Shown here: positions 32,581 to 42,812 of the stretch, one piece after another
How positions within the stretch are numbered: the first letter of the stretch is position 1
Layout of the letters: each line of letters starts with the position of its first letter
From: an uncultured Phycisphaerales bacterium
Lineage (GTDB): Bacteria > Planctomycetota > Phycisphaerae > Tepidisphaerales > Tepidisphaeraceae
Direction: 5' to 3'
Length of the DNA stretch: 64,000 nt
Assembly: GCA_963758525.1 (NCBI GenBank)
Contig: CAVWVQ010000003.1
Span: forward strand, 1,248,001 to 1,312,000
Notes under the pieces: generated by a model
Told to the model about the DNA's origin: nothing
The model's database searches: none
The model's input: only the letters and a program-made list of their open reading frames with translations
Position numbers and translations under genes: made by a program

Positions 32581-33897
32581 ATGGAAGATGTACGGGCAAG
32601 GCAAAGGGGGCTGGGGGAAGGCACGAAGGCACTGAGGCACGAAGGCGCGAAGGGAAACGCGGAGAAGCGGATTGCCAGCGGAGCGCACGGGCGCGAGGGA
32701 CGTGTACGAATCAATCGCGGTGGCGGTCGCTGCTTAGCCGCGACGCGAAGCGGAGCGAGTCCAACAGCGTGGGTTGCGGGAAAGTCGTTCGCGAGCCTAC
32801 TCGCAGTTCTGTTGATTCTCTTCCTCGCGCCGGAGTCGAAAGCATCCGACGCCAATAAACCGAAAGCGGCCGTATTTCCTCTCGCGGGAACCGCATCGGA
32901 TGAGGCTCGCGAGAAGGTGGGATTCGCACTTCGAACAAAACTGAACCGTGACGGAGCGTTCGACGCGATTGATGGTCCGACCATGTTGGAGATCGCCGCC
33001 GGACCGATCGCGCTGGACGCGAAAGTGGAATTGCTCAAACAGAGGGTCGCGGAGGAACGGCCGGCGGTTCTGCTCTGGGGCGAACTCAACGGAGAGGATG
33101 TGTTGACGTTAAAGGTGAAGCTGCTGGACCTCCGCCAAGCCGACGCGCAGGTGCGGGAGATCGATCAAACCATCGCTGAGCCAACGCAGCTTCGGTTCGC
33201 GGTCGAGAGCATTCTGGAAACGATTCCCGGCGTCAAAGCATTCGCCCATCCCAATGAACAGGGTATTACCGATGATCCGGCGGCTGCCGCACTCTGGAGG
33301 AAGAATCCCAATCTTTTGAAAGATGGCAGCTTTGCCGATGGGCGGAGCTGGTCGGCGTTATTCCGCTCGGAAAAGTATGCCCCGGAAGTCGGCGACGCTC
33401 TCCCCGAAGAAGACAAAGTCTGCATCTGTCGCCTGCCTGGTGACAAACCAGGGGACGCACCGCACAACGTGCTGGCCATGCGACTCTCCGAAGCCGCCGC
33501 GGAGAGCAATGGCCTGGCCTGTATTTCGGAGGCGTTCAAGATTGAGCCGAAGACGCGTTATCGCATGAGCTTTCGCTACCGCAGTGATGGGCCGACGCTC
33601 CATGTCTTCGTGAAGGGCTACTACCAGACAACCGGCATCGCCGGAGATCCCGCAGCGATCGAAGACTACCGGCGGCAGACTACCCCAAGCGGACCGACCG
33701 ATGGGAAATGGGTGACCGTCACCGACGATCTGAATCCGCAGAATCCGGATCATCCGGTGGAGACGCTGCGCGTCGATTTGTACGCGTATATGCACAGCGG
33801 CCTGGTCATGTTTGACGACGTCATCGTGAGAGCGGTCGGCGTGCAGACACGTCACGCGGAAGATGATGCACTCCGGCCGGCCAGCACCCAACCTTGA
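32581..33897 (+). CDS. Exported protein, TolB/CsgG-like N-domain plus CBM-like C-domain (start uncertain)
   Basis: Signal-like SLLAVLLILFLAPESKA; NLLKDGSF..RYRMSFRY..FDDV; 5' end overlaps repeats. Confidence 0.6.
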   Translation: MEDVRARQRGLGEGTKALRHEGAKGNAEKRIASGAHGREGRVRINRGGGRCLAATRSGASPTAWVAGKSFASLLAVLLILFLAPESKASDANKPKAAVFPLAGTASDEAREKVGFALRTKLNRDGAFDAIDGPTMLEIAAGPIALDAKVELLKQRVAEERPAVLLWGELNGEDVLTLKVKLLDLRQADAQVREIDQTIAEPTQLRFAVESILETIPGVKAFAHPNEQGITDDPAAAALWRKNPNLLKDGSFADGRSWSALFRSEKYAPEVGDALPEEDKVCICRLPGDKPGDAPHNVLAMRLSEAAAESNGLACISEAFKIEPKTRYRMSFRYRSDGPTLHVFVKGYYQTTGIAGDPAAIEDYRRQTTPSGPTDGKWVTVTDDLNPQNPDHPVETLRVDLYAYMHSGLVMFDDVIVRAVGVQTRHAEDDALRPASTQP

Positions 33898-34117
33898 TTG
33901 CCAACGCATTGGGGATTCGCGCCATTGGTAGTTTCGGGGGAACGCGGAAGGAGCGGGCGGGCGGAGACCGCACGTCCCTCAGAGACACGCGCGCCGCCTT
34001 TTTTCCGCCTGGCTAAGAGAGATTGCCACAAAAACACAAAGACACAAAAGAAGCAGGACGCGGTGATCGTCTCCCCGCCTCAGCCGGGGCCGGTCAGGGA
34101 AAACCTCTTACTCCCCC

Positions 34118-34134
34118 GCGGCATCCGGATTGCG
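34118..34134 (+). promoter_or_regulatory. Candidate sigma-54 promoter of the DUF4142 gene
   Basis: cGG-CATCCGGATT-GC; GG-N10-GC about 45 nt before ATG 34179. Confidence 0.5.
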
Positions 34135-34178
34135 GTTCACTCCGGCGTAACTCAACCCTTTTCACTGAGGAGAACCAT

Positions 34179-34715
34179 ATGCGCGCATCACGACTCGCTT
34201 CGCTTTCGGCTACTGCCGCCTTTGCGGCCCTTTTGCTCGGGTCGAATGGACCTCGGGCTTTGGCGGCGGATGTAAGTGATGCTGATAAGGCTTTCGTTAC
34301 CGCTGCCGCCAGCGGTGGCATGGCGGAGGTCAAACTCGGCCAATATGCCGCGGACAATGCCTCGGAGAAAAAGGTCAAGGGCTTTGGGAAGCACATGGTC
34401 AAGGACCATACCAAGGCCAATAAAGAGCTACAGGAGATAGCCGCCAAGGAGAGCGTAGATTTCCCCCCGACCGAAACAAAGGAGGATTCTGACAAAGGCG
34501 CGCCGCTGATGAAGCTGACCGGAACCGAGTTCGACAAGGCGTATGTGGCGGCGATGGTCGAGGATCACCAGAAAACCATCGAGCTGTTCCAAAACGAGGC
34601 CAATAGCGGGACCGATCCGGCGTTGAAGAAATTTGCGGCCGACACCCTGCCGACTCTCAAGAAACATCTCGAGATGGCTCAGAAACTGCAGGACACGGTA
34701 AACGGCTCAAAATGA
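34179..34715 (+). CDS. DUF4142 domain protein
   Basis: GAGGAG RBS; GGMAEVKLG, MVKDHTKAN, FDKAYV..MVEDH, LPTLKKHL. Confidence 0.9.
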   Translation: MRASRLASLSATAAFAALLLGSNGPRALAADVSDADKAFVTAAASGGMAEVKLGQYAADNASEKKVKGFGKHMVKDHTKANKELQEIAAKESVDFPPTETKEDSDKGAPLMKLTGTEFDKAYVAAMVEDHQKTIELFQNEANSGTDPALKKFAADTLPTLKKHLEMAQKLQDTVNGSK

Positions 34716-34751
34716 AGCCGCGGACAATTAAGGAATATCCGGCGTTTAGTG

Positions 34752-34786
34752 ATGAACGTCCGTCGGAAGGCGGACGTTCATTTTTT
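34752..34786 (+). terminator. Rho-independent terminator
   Basis: ATGAACGTCCGTC-GGAA-GGCGGACGTTCAT followed by T-run. Confidence 0.8.
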
Positions 34787-34860
34787 GACACCTGCGCTAA
34801 GTGACCTTACGCGAACACACGCTGTCAATCTGCCAGGTGCCGCGCAATCCACGAAGAGGG

Positions 34861-34953
34861 AACACGAATCACCACGAATGAAGCACGAATCTCACGAATA
34901 AACGCGGGGAATCTGTTCGTGAAGATTCGTGCGAATTCGTGTGGATTCGTGTT
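34861..34953. repeat. Inverted CACGAAT / ATTCGTG heptamer arrays
   Basis: About 4 CACGAAT then about 4 (A)TTCGTG between convergent genes. Confidence 0.8.
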
Positions 34954-35100
34954 CTGCATTTCTCGGCACCTGCGGACCGTGCGGGATCGCGCACGGTCAT
35001 TTAGGGCCGATTTTGCAAATTTAGAGTTGCGCCGGGGCAGCGGCGTATGTAACGGCGCACTTGAGCCGTTGCCGAACGGTCTGCGGATTGCCGTGGGGCG

Positions 35101-35475
35101 CTATGTCCGGGCTTTCTCCACCCACACCGGCGGCGGGGTAATCTCGTCGGCGGGACGCTTGCCCGCATCGGCGCGGCCGCTGCCGGCGAGACGGCTGATC
35201 ACTTTCACAGTCATGTCGTGATCGCAGGAGATTTGGCAACTGAGCCGCAGCCCGGGTTGTGACAGCAGCCCGCGTGCGGCGAGAACGGATTTCTCCGCTT
35301 CAGTCATGCTTTGCGGCTCGCCGGCGATGAACTCGACTCTGCACGTGGTGCAACGGGCGTTACCGCCGCACGCGTGCAATTGGTCCGTCTTCGCTTCGTC
35401 GATGAGTGCATTGACGAGGCGTTTGCCGGATGTGACCTCAAAGGTTTCCCCGTCAGCGATGGTAAGTTTTGGCAT
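35101..35475 (-). CDS. 2Fe-2S ferredoxin
   Basis: HACGGNARCTTC...RLSCQ; GAGGAG RBS. Confidence 0.9.
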   Translation of the reverse strand: MPKLTIADGETFEVTSGKRLVNALIDEAKTDQLHACGGNARCTTCRVEFIAGEPQSMTEAEKSVLAARGLLSQPGLRLSCQISCDHDMTVKVISRLAGSGRADAGKRPADEITPPPVWVEKART

Positions 35476-35886
35476 GCAGGCTCCTCGCGTCGTGTATAAC
35501 GCCAAGACGACGCGAGGGGAAGGACACAAAGGTTCCTGAACGCAGGATCGGCGGGCACGTCGCCCCGAGCCGGCGTCTAATGACCGAGCATCTTGGCAAC
35601 TATAAAGATCAAGACGGCGCCCCCGAGCCCGCCACCGAAGAGCAGATATACGAGGGAATAACCGAGAGCAGCAAGGGCATGCATTTCTGCGACGGGGATC
35701 ATAACGGCCTCCAAAATAGTTGAGAAGTAAACGAACGCGACCGTCGAAAGTGCAAAGGCTGTACCATGTCACGCGGGGCGCGTGCGCGCCTGATCGCCTG
35801 GGGGCACAGATTCCGCGTTGCCGCGCGTGGCGGCTTGGAGTTATAGGCTACTTGTCTGGTCCAGACGTTCGCGACCGCTCGACGTG

Positions 35887-36299
35887 ATGCAGATTGATTG
35901 GCGGCAAATTGTCGGGTTGTTTATTCTTGCCATTCCCATCGCTTCGATTGGCGCACGGTCGTCTTCGAAGAGATTTTCCGCGAGCCGCGGGAGTGGTGCA
36001 GTCATCGCAGCAAAGTCTGCAGTTCCTTCCTGGAGCGAAAATTTTTTTATCTGTTCACCTGTGAGTACTGCTTCAGCCACTACGTTACAGCCGCGTTTCT
36101 TCTGATAACCCGCTTCAAGCTCCTCTACGATGACTGGCGCGGCTACTTGATCGCCTTTTTTTCGCTGGTTTTCGTCGCCAACGCCTACCTGAATCTCTAC
36201 AGCCAGGTGCGCGTCGAAATCGCCAGCGAGAAAAAGACGATTGAGGTCAAGGAAAAGACCATCAAAGCGGCCGACCCTCCTGGTTCGATCCCGCAGTAG
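35887..36299 (+). CDS. DUF1360-like membrane protein (frame break near 35950)
   Basis: TVVFEEIFREPRE..YLFTCEYCFSHY; TM helices. Confidence 0.65.
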
Positions 36300-36365
36300 C
36301 GGCGGAAATTTGCATACGCCGGTAGAGGGGGCAGGCGCAGATATGGTCGTGCCTCCTCGTGCATC

Positions 36366-36508
36366 GGGTGTAACTTTTATTTGTGGCGATTGCAGATTTT
36401 GCGATCGTAGGGCGGGATTCATCCCGCCGTTTTCTCAGCCGGCCAACAAATCGGCGGGATGAATCCCGCCCTACTCGGAGCCGATCGCCACTTTCGAGCG
36501 CCACACCC
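36366..36508 (+). mobile_element. 143-bp MITE copy 2
   Basis: One substitution vs copy 1; 8-bp TSD CGTGCATC. Confidence 0.9.
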
Positions 36509-36598
36509 CGTGCATCCGTTGCTGTTCGCGTGATTTGGGAAGTTCCCCGGCATGGCGTAAGATGAAGTTCACGGACGATTTCTCTTTGCGAGCCAGGG

Positions 36599-38362
36599 AT
36601 GCAGTGCGCCAAACGTTGGAACATCGCACCGCCCGATCCTGCCGCGGCGGATCTTGCCGCCCGGTTGAAGACCTCGCCTCTCATCGCACAAATTCTCCTG
36701 AATCGCGGCGTCAGCGCGCCCGAAGCAGCGAGAGAATTCCTTGCTCCGTCACTCAAGACGCTGCATGAACCGGCCGGAATTCTGAACTTGACGCAAGCCG
36801 CTCAGCGCGTCGCACACGCGATTCGTGAAAAGCAGCGCATCGTCATCTACGGCGATTACGACGTGGACGGCATCACCGCGACGGCGATTCTCTGGCACGC
36901 CATCCGCCGGCTCGGAGGCAGCGCCGAGTTCTATATCCCCCACCGCATCGAAGAGGGGTACGGCCTGAATTCCGACGCCATCACCCAACTCTGCGACGAG
37001 GGAGCGCAACTGATCATCTCGGTCGATTGCGGCGTGAGCGCAATCGGACCGGCACAGATCGCCCGAACGCGCGGTGTCGATCTGATCATCACGGATCATC
37101 ATGAGTGGCGGCATCAGCCGGGTACGGAAATTCCCCTGCTTCCCGATTGTCACAGCGTCGTGCATCCGCGACTGGGCGATTGCGAGCCGGGCTATCCCAA
37201 CCCCCATCTCTGCGGCGCTGGCGTCGCGTTCAAACTCGCCTGGGGCATCGGCATCGCCCTCAACGGTGCGCTGCGCGTGAGCAGCGACTTCCGCGAATTC
37301 CTGGTCGACGCAACCGCCCTGGCGGCACTCGGAACCATTGCCGACGTGGTGCCGCTGCAGGGGGAGAATCGCGTCCTGGCGCACTTCGGACTCAGCGGCC
37401 TGCGCAATACGCGATTGAACGGACTGCGAGCGCTGATCGCGTCAGCCGGTCTGACCGGCCAGAAGCTCGACAGCTTCGACGTGGGTTTCCGGCTCGCTCC
37501 ACGACTTAATGCCTGCGGACGGATGGGGCACGCGCGGCTGGCGGTCGAGATGCTTACCTCCGCGACAGAGGAGAAGGCTCGGGAGATTGCCGAGTATCTC
37601 GATCAGCAAAATCGCGCCCGTCAGGCAATCGAGCGAAAAATTCTCGACGAGGCGATCGATCAGGTGATGCGCAACGGATGGGACAGCGACGCGCAGCGGG
37701 CGCTGGTGCTGGGAGCCGACAACTGGCATCCCGGAGTGATCGGCATCGTCGCCTCGCGCATCGTCGAGTGCTTTCATCGCCCTACCGTGATGCTTGCCAT
37801 CACCAATGGCCATGCGCAGGGCAGCGCACGTTCAGTCGCGGGATTCCACCTGGCACGGGCGCTGGAGGCCTGCACCGAATGTCTGGAAACCCACGGCGGC
37901 CACGAAATGGCCGCCGGGATGAAACTACAGTCAGCTCGCCTCGACGATTTCCGGGCCGCCTTCTGCGCCCATGCCGGCGAATGTCTGACCGATGACATGC
38001 TCGTGCCTGAGATGAAAATCGACGCGACCGCGGAACTCCGCCAGATCACCCTCGGCTTGATGGGCGACCTGACCCGGCTAGGCCCCTTCGGCCACGGCAA
38101 CCGCCGGCCGCTGTTCGTCTGCGAAAATGTCGCGGTCGTTTCCCCCCCAAGGCGCGTCGGAAAGAGCAGCCAGCATCTTCAGATGCAAGTGCGTCAGGCC
38201 GACCAGTGCATGAAATGCATCGCGTTCGGCCAGGGAGATCTGGCCGAGAAACTCGAGCCCGGCCGGGTGATCGACATTGCGGTCGAGCCGTGCCTCAATG
38301 AGTACAACGGACGAACCAGCGTCGAACTGGAAGTGAAAGACCTGCGGTTGAAACCAGAATGA
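36599..38362 (+). CDS. recJ: ssDNA exonuclease RecJ
   Basis: YGDYDVDG, TDHH, GTIADVVPL, PRLNACGR, GGHEMAAG. Confidence 0.96.
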   Translation: MQCAKRWNIAPPDPAAADLAARLKTSPLIAQILLNRGVSAPEAAREFLAPSLKTLHEPAGILNLTQAAQRVAHAIREKQRIVIYGDYDVDGITATAILWHAIRRLGGSAEFYIPHRIEEGYGLNSDAITQLCDEGAQLIISVDCGVSAIGPAQIARTRGVDLIITDHHEWRHQPGTEIPLLPDCHSVVHPRLGDCEPGYPNPHLCGAGVAFKLAWGIGIALNGALRVSSDFREFLVDATALAALGTIADVVPLQGENRVLAHFGLSGLRNTRLNGLRALIASAGLTGQKLDSFDVGFRLAPRLNACGRMGHARLAVEMLTSATEEKAREIAEYLDQQNRARQAIERKILDEAIDQVMRNGWDSDAQRALVLGADNWHPGVIGIVASRIVECFHRPTVMLAITNGHAQGSARSVAGFHLARALEACTECLETHGGHEMAAGMKLQSARLDDFRAAFCAHAGECLTDDMLVPEMKIDATAELRQITLGLMGDLTRLGPFGHGNRRPLFVCENVAVVSPPRRVGKSSQHLQMQVRQADQCMKCIAFGQGDLAEKLEPGRVIDIAVEPCLNEYNGRTSVELEVKDLRLKPE

Positions 38363-38592
38363 CGAAACCCGAAACCAGAATCAAAGAATCAAACCCGAAA
38401 CCAGAATGACGAATGATGAAATGCTGGAAAGACGCACGGTTTCGACATCTTTCATCGAGAGTCGCAAGTCGGCGTCATTGTTCGAGGGACTGGCTCCGCG
38501 AACTCCATTTCGTCATTCGTCATTCGGGCTTCGGGTTTGATTCTGGTTTCGGGTTTCGTCATTCGGGTTTTTAATGGTTCTGGTTTCGTCAT
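38350..38592. repeat. Inverted arrays of GAAACC(C/A)/GAATGAC heptamers between recJ and purU
   Basis: Arm about 38350-38420, complementary arm about 38507-38592. Confidence 0.8.
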
Positions 38593-39494
38593 CAGAGTTT
38601 TGCGTTACTACGACGTCCGTCCAGAAACCGGCTGATCCCCGGTTTGAAGATCACCTTGCCGTCGACCACCACGAGTTCTTCATCCAGGAAAAGCTGAACG
38701 GCCTTGGCAAGCACGATCGATTCGAGTTGCAGGCCCTTGCTCTTCACGTCGTCGACGCTGTCGGCACCGACGTTGATGTGAAAGACATCCTGTAGAATCA
38801 CCGGCCCCTCGTCGAGCTGTTCGGTCACGAAATGGGCAGTGCAACCATGCACGCGAACGCCGCTTTCGTACGCTCGGCGATAGGGCGCGGCTCCAGGAAA
38901 ATACGGCAGCAGCGAGGGATGAATATTGATGATCCGGCTGGGAAATGCGGAGACAATCTGGGGCGGCAAAATGCGCATGTACCGCGCGAGAACGACCAGA
39001 TCGGGGCCGAACGTTTGAAGCTGCCGCAGCAGCCATGCGAAATGCGCGGCCGGATCAGCGGCGTCATGCCACGCGAACGGGACATTTGCCGCGATTGCGA
39101 TCGGCTCCAGATCGGGATGATTCGCCAGCACACAGGCAATCTCGCCGTGCAGTTTTCCTTCGCTCAGCTCGTCGATCAGCCGTTGCAGACAGTGAGGCTC
39201 CTTGCTGACCAGCACTGCGAGCCTCTTGCGGCGTCTTTCGCCGTGCAAGTGCACGCGAACTTCCATGTCGATCCTTTTGCCCAGCGCGAGCAGGCCGGTG
39301 ATGAGTTCCGAAAGGTCGCAGGTGAGGTCCGCCAGATCGACCAGCATGTCCATGAGGAAGAAACCGCGAACGACGCGTTGCTCGATGTCCTCGATGTTGA
39401 TGCCGCGCTCCGCCATGTAGGTGGCGAACTGCGCAACGACGCCCTTCTGATCTTTTCCCAGCACGCTGACAACCGCCAGAACCGCCCGTGGCAC
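38592..39494 (-). CDS. purU: Formyltetrahydrofolate deformylase
   Basis: ACT domain; VSKEPHCL, VLARYMRIL, INIHPSLLP; GGAGGA + GTG. Confidence 0.93.
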   Translation of the reverse strand: MPRAVLAVVSVLGKDQKGVVAQFATYMAERGINIEDIEQRVVRGFFLMDMLVDLADLTCDLSELITGLLALGKRIDMEVRVHLHGERRRKRLAVLVSKEPHCLQRLIDELSEGKLHGEIACVLANHPDLEPIAIAANVPFAWHDAADPAAHFAWLLRQLQTFGPDLVVLARYMRILPPQIVSAFPSRIINIHPSLLPYFPGAAPYRRAYESGVRVHGCTAHFVTEQLDEGPVILQDVFHINVGADSVDDVKSKGLQLESIVLAKAVQLFLDEELVVVDGKVIFKPGISRFLDGRRSNAKL

Positions 39495-39624
39495 GCGTCG
39501 CTCCTCCAAAACAGTGGAGTCTATTGTATGCAATGACCGGTGGCACAGCCGCCTGCCGGCTGTGGAGGTTGATGGCGAAGCCGCCCGCAATTGCGGGGAG
39601 GATGTGTAGCAGCTTTTGGAGCGA

Positions 39625-40023
39625 TCAGGGCCCCGCGACCTCTGCGTGCGCCCATGCCACCGCGGCGGATGCCAGTCGAACCGCGCCGGCCCGGTCGAAG
39701 CGGTCGTGGTCCCCTGTGACGGGCGGCAGTTCGTCATACCTGAACGCGACGGCAAATGGTGTGAGAGTCACACTGGACGACAAGGCATCGGGAAAATCGA
39801 TCGCGTGTTCGGTCGCCAGCTCGATCAACTCCGACAAGTCGTGGGTCCGGCGATACGGGACGCCGCGGTAAGACAGCACACACTTGATCGCCTTCTCCAC
39901 CGCCTGCTGGCAGAAAAATCCGAGATGTTCGTCCGACACCGACGTGTCCGCCGCCAGCTTCGCCGCAAGTCCCGCGTCCTGCCCCGCCTTGCGGAGCATC
40001 ATCTGATAGGGATCAGGCGGCAT
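39625..40023 (-). CDS. HEPN domain protein (MNT-HEPN module)
   Basis: FFCQQAVEKAIK..RTHDL..FRY. Confidence 0.85.
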   Translation of the reverse strand: MPPDPYQMMLRKAGQDAGLAAKLAADTSVSDEHLGFFCQQAVEKAIKCVLSYRGVPYRRTHDLSELIELATEHAIDFPDALSSSVTLTPFAVAFRYDELPPVTGDHDRFDRAGAVRLASAAVAWAHAEVAGP

Positions 40024-40357
40024 AACTGCGCCCTTCCCGCGCCGCCTCATACACGACGTTATTGATCTTGTCCTTCCACGCTTCAAACCCTTCGCGGCTG
40101 ACGACTAACACGTCCACGGGGATGCGCAGCGCACGCAGCACCTGGCGCAGGCGAACCATCTCAGTCCGTGCTCCACTCACGAGCGGCTCGACCACCAGGA
40201 AGTCCAGATCGCTGTCCGCCGTGGCATCCCCTCGCGCGTAAGATCCGAATAAAATCACTTCGGACCCTTCCGGCGCTGCGTCCAGCAGCAAGTGTGCGGC
40301 CCGGTCAATCGTCGCCTGTGGGATCAACCCCTGTTTATCGTTTCGCCATGCGTTCAC
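40013..40357 (-). CDS. Minimal nucleotidyltransferase (MNT)
   Basis: LFGSYARGDATADSDLDFLVV; overlaps HEPN gene. Confidence 0.88.
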   Translation of the reverse strand: MNAWRNDKQGLIPQATIDRAAHLLLDAAPEGSEVILFGSYARGDATADSDLDFLVVEPLVSGARTEMVRLRQVLRALRIPVDVLVVSREGFEAWKDKINNVVYEAAREGRSYAA

Positions 40358-40516
40358 ATCATCACCTCGTGCGTCGATTATATCGTTAGTGCCTGCTCTC
40401 TGCCCGCTCCCCCAAACCATCACGTCCTGAATTTACTCGTTTGACGGCCTGGAAAACGGAGGAAACAGACCTTGCATTTTGAGTAAGGCGAACATTCAGG
40501 CGCTGGCCGAGCATTT

Positions 40517-40659
40517 GGGTGTAACTTTTATTTGTGGCGATTGCAGATTTTGCGATCGTAGGGCGGGATTCATCCCGCCGTTTTCTCAGCCGGCCAACAA
40601 ATCGGCGGGATGAATCCCGCCCTACTCGGAGCCGATCGCCACTTTCGAGCGCCACACCC
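40517..40659 (+). mobile_element. 143-bp MITE copy 3
   Basis: Same sequence as copy 2; TSD GAGCATTT/TAGCATTT (7 of 8). Confidence 0.9.
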
Positions 40660-40722
40660 TAGCATTTCAGAATCAGCCCCCCAGCGCTTCTTTGAGAGGA
40701 GTCGTTGCTACAATGGAGGCAA

Positions 40723-41322
40723 ATGGACATCGTCACAGCCATCACCGGCGCCAGCGGAGCACTCTACGCCCAGCGGTTTATTCAGGGGCTTTGCGCGGCG
40801 GGCGTGCAGACGCACCTGGTCGTGTCGCCGCTGGGCAGGCGGCTCCTGCATGATGAACTCGGGATGGAAACGGTGGATCTGACCGCGTTGGCGGGCACGC
40901 CCGAGCATTCGATCACGCTCTACAACTACAACGACGTCGGCTGCAAACTCGCCAGTGGATCATTCCTGCACGACGGGATGGTCATCGTGCCGTGCAGCAG
41001 CAATACGCTGGCGGAAGTCGCCCATGGAATCGGCGACAATCTCATCGCCCGATCGGCCGCGGTCGCGATGAAGGAGCGCCGCCGGCTGATTCTGGCGCAT
41101 CGCGAAATGCCGCTTTCGGCAATCGACGTCAATAATTACAAAGCCCTGACTGACGCCGGCGTCATCATCGCGCCGACGAACCCGGGATTCTATCTGAATC
41201 CGACCACGGTGCTGGACGTCGTCGATTTCGTCGCGGGAAAGCTGCTGGACCTGGTCGGAGTTTCGCACATGTTCGACACGCGGTGGGATCCGGCGCGTGG
41301 GAAATCTCAGGCGTCTCGATAA
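40723..41322 (+). CDS. ubiX: Flavin prenyltransferase
   Basis: ITGASGA, ASGSF, PCSSNTL, REMPL, PGFY. Confidence 0.92.
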   Translation: MDIVTAITGASGALYAQRFIQGLCAAGVQTHLVVSPLGRRLLHDELGMETVDLTALAGTPEHSITLYNYNDVGCKLASGSFLHDGMVIVPCSSNTLAEVAHGIGDNLIARSAAVAMKERRRLILAHREMPLSAIDVNNYKALTDAGVIIAPTNPGFYLNPTTVLDVVDFVAGKLLDLVGVSHMFDTRWDPARGKSQASR

Positions 41323-41380
41323 ACGCGCGCCCGAGCAACTGTTGGAAAAACGCTTTGAAAGAATTGAGAGACCGGATCTC

Positions 41381-42295
41381 ATGTCGCAGGCTTCTTCGAC
41401 TTTGAATCCGCCCCTGCCTCTTTCCGGCAGGCTCGGCGCTTTCGCGCGCGATATCAAAATCGGGCATACCATTTTCGCGCTTCCCTTCGCCCTGCTGAGC
41501 GCGTTCATCGCAGCGGGCGGTGTGCCACCGTTGGGAAAACTTGGCCTGATCCTGCTTTGCATGCTGACGGCCCGGTCGCTGGCGATGGCGGCAAATCGTC
41601 TGCTCGACGCCCGCCTCGACGCGCTCAACCCGCGCACCGCCGGGCGCGCTATACCCGCGGGCAGGCTCTCGCGCGGGTTCTATCTGACGATATCGCTGCT
41701 CTGCGCCATGGCGTTTGTCGCGTCCACTGCGGGTTTTCTCTGGGTTTATCGGAACCCCTGGCCGCTGCGGCTCTCCGTGCCTGTTCTGGGATTCTTGTGC
41801 GGCTATCCGCTTCTGAAGCGATTCACGCGACTGTGCCACTATTACCTTGGGATCGCGCTGGGGCTGGCGCCAATCTGCGCCTGGATTGCCATTCGCGGAA
41901 GCCTCGCGGCGCCGCCGCTCTGGATGGCGGCAGGAGTTCTCTGCTGGACTGCCGGGTTCGATATTATCTACGCCTGCCAGGATTACGACAGCGACGTGGC
42001 CTGCGGCATTTTTTCCGTGCCGGCACGGATCGGAATCGCACGGGCGTTGTGGGTGGCTCGTGTGACTCATGTGGTTTCCGTTGCCATGCTGGTTGCGCTT
42101 GCTGGCTCCGCTGCTCAGTTAGGTTTCTTTTTTAGAATTGGCATCGGCATTGCGATCGCTCTTTTAGTGATTGAGCATCTGCTGGTTCGGGCCGATGATC
42201 TGTCCAAGGTTGGACTCGCGTTCTTCACCGTGAACGGGATCATCAGTGTTTGCCTTGGGACGCTTGGAATTACCGACGTGCTGATGCATCACTAA
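41381..42295 (+). CDS. mqnP: UbiA-family prenyltransferase (futalosine pathway, MqnP-like)
   Basis: HTIFALPF, NRLLDARLDALNPRTAGRAIPAG, GFDIIYACQD. Confidence 0.8.
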   Translation: MSQASSTLNPPLPLSGRLGAFARDIKIGHTIFALPFALLSAFIAAGGVPPLGKLGLILLCMLTARSLAMAANRLLDARLDALNPRTAGRAIPAGRLSRGFYLTISLLCAMAFVASTAGFLWVYRNPWPLRLSVPVLGFLCGYPLLKRFTRLCHYYLGIALGLAPICAWIAIRGSLAAPPLWMAAGVLCWTAGFDIIYACQDYDSDVACGIFSVPARIGIARALWVARVTHVVSVAMLVALAGSAAQLGFFFRIGIGIAIALLVIEHLLVRADDLSKVGLAFFTVNGIISVCLGTLGITDVLMHH

Positions 42296-42310
42296 CGGAC
42301 TTTGCATTCG

Positions 42311-42646
42311 ATGAGTTGGAACCGAGTCATCCCGCGATTTCGCAACCCGGAGTTGGACGCGGAAACCGAGCGTCGCCTGAGACAGTCCGCGCGGCCGCCG
42401 GCAGCTCCGTCGCAGAAGGACATCGAGCAGGATGCTGCCATTCGCGCGCTCGAACGGGAGACGCGTGAACTGCGCGTGTACGTCGCGGCATTGATTCGCC
42501 TGCTGGCTCAGAAAGAGGCGATCGACCACACTGAAGTGACAGGATTGGTCGAATTAGCCGACCGCGTGCAACGCCAAATCCCATCCAGCAATTATCGTCA
42601 TCAGCCGGATATCCGGGACCTGATCCAGCCGTCGGAAGCAGCGTAG
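42311..42646 (+). CDS. Hypothetical coiled-coil protein
   Basis: 111-aa ORF; LERETRELRVYVAALIRLL. Confidence 0.55.
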   Translation: MSWNRVIPRFRNPELDAETERRLRQSARPPAAPSQKDIEQDAAIRALERETRELRVYVAALIRLLAQKEAIDHTEVTGLVELADRVQRQIPSSNYRHQPDIRDLIQPSEAA

Positions 42647-42812
42647 CATCTTCCTTTGGGATTGTGCGAAGTTCCGAGAGGGAGCAAAGCGTGTCTACAG
42701 GGCTGGAATTGCAGGCTGGAAGACCGCACCACAATTCCGCCCGGAGATCCTCCCTTTCAAAACGCGCGAAAGTCATGGAGCATCCAGCGGCGAGCCTCTA
42801 TACTCGATGGCG

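Noticed and set aside
35580..35723. 47-aa ORF MTEHLGNYKDQDG..
   Set aside because: No RBS, motif or homology recognisable; cannot be supported
36383..36565. Recurrent small ORFs (MNPALL.., GRDSSRRF.., also 15383, 26207, 40386, 40610)
   Set aside because: Translations of the MITE/REP sequence, not genes
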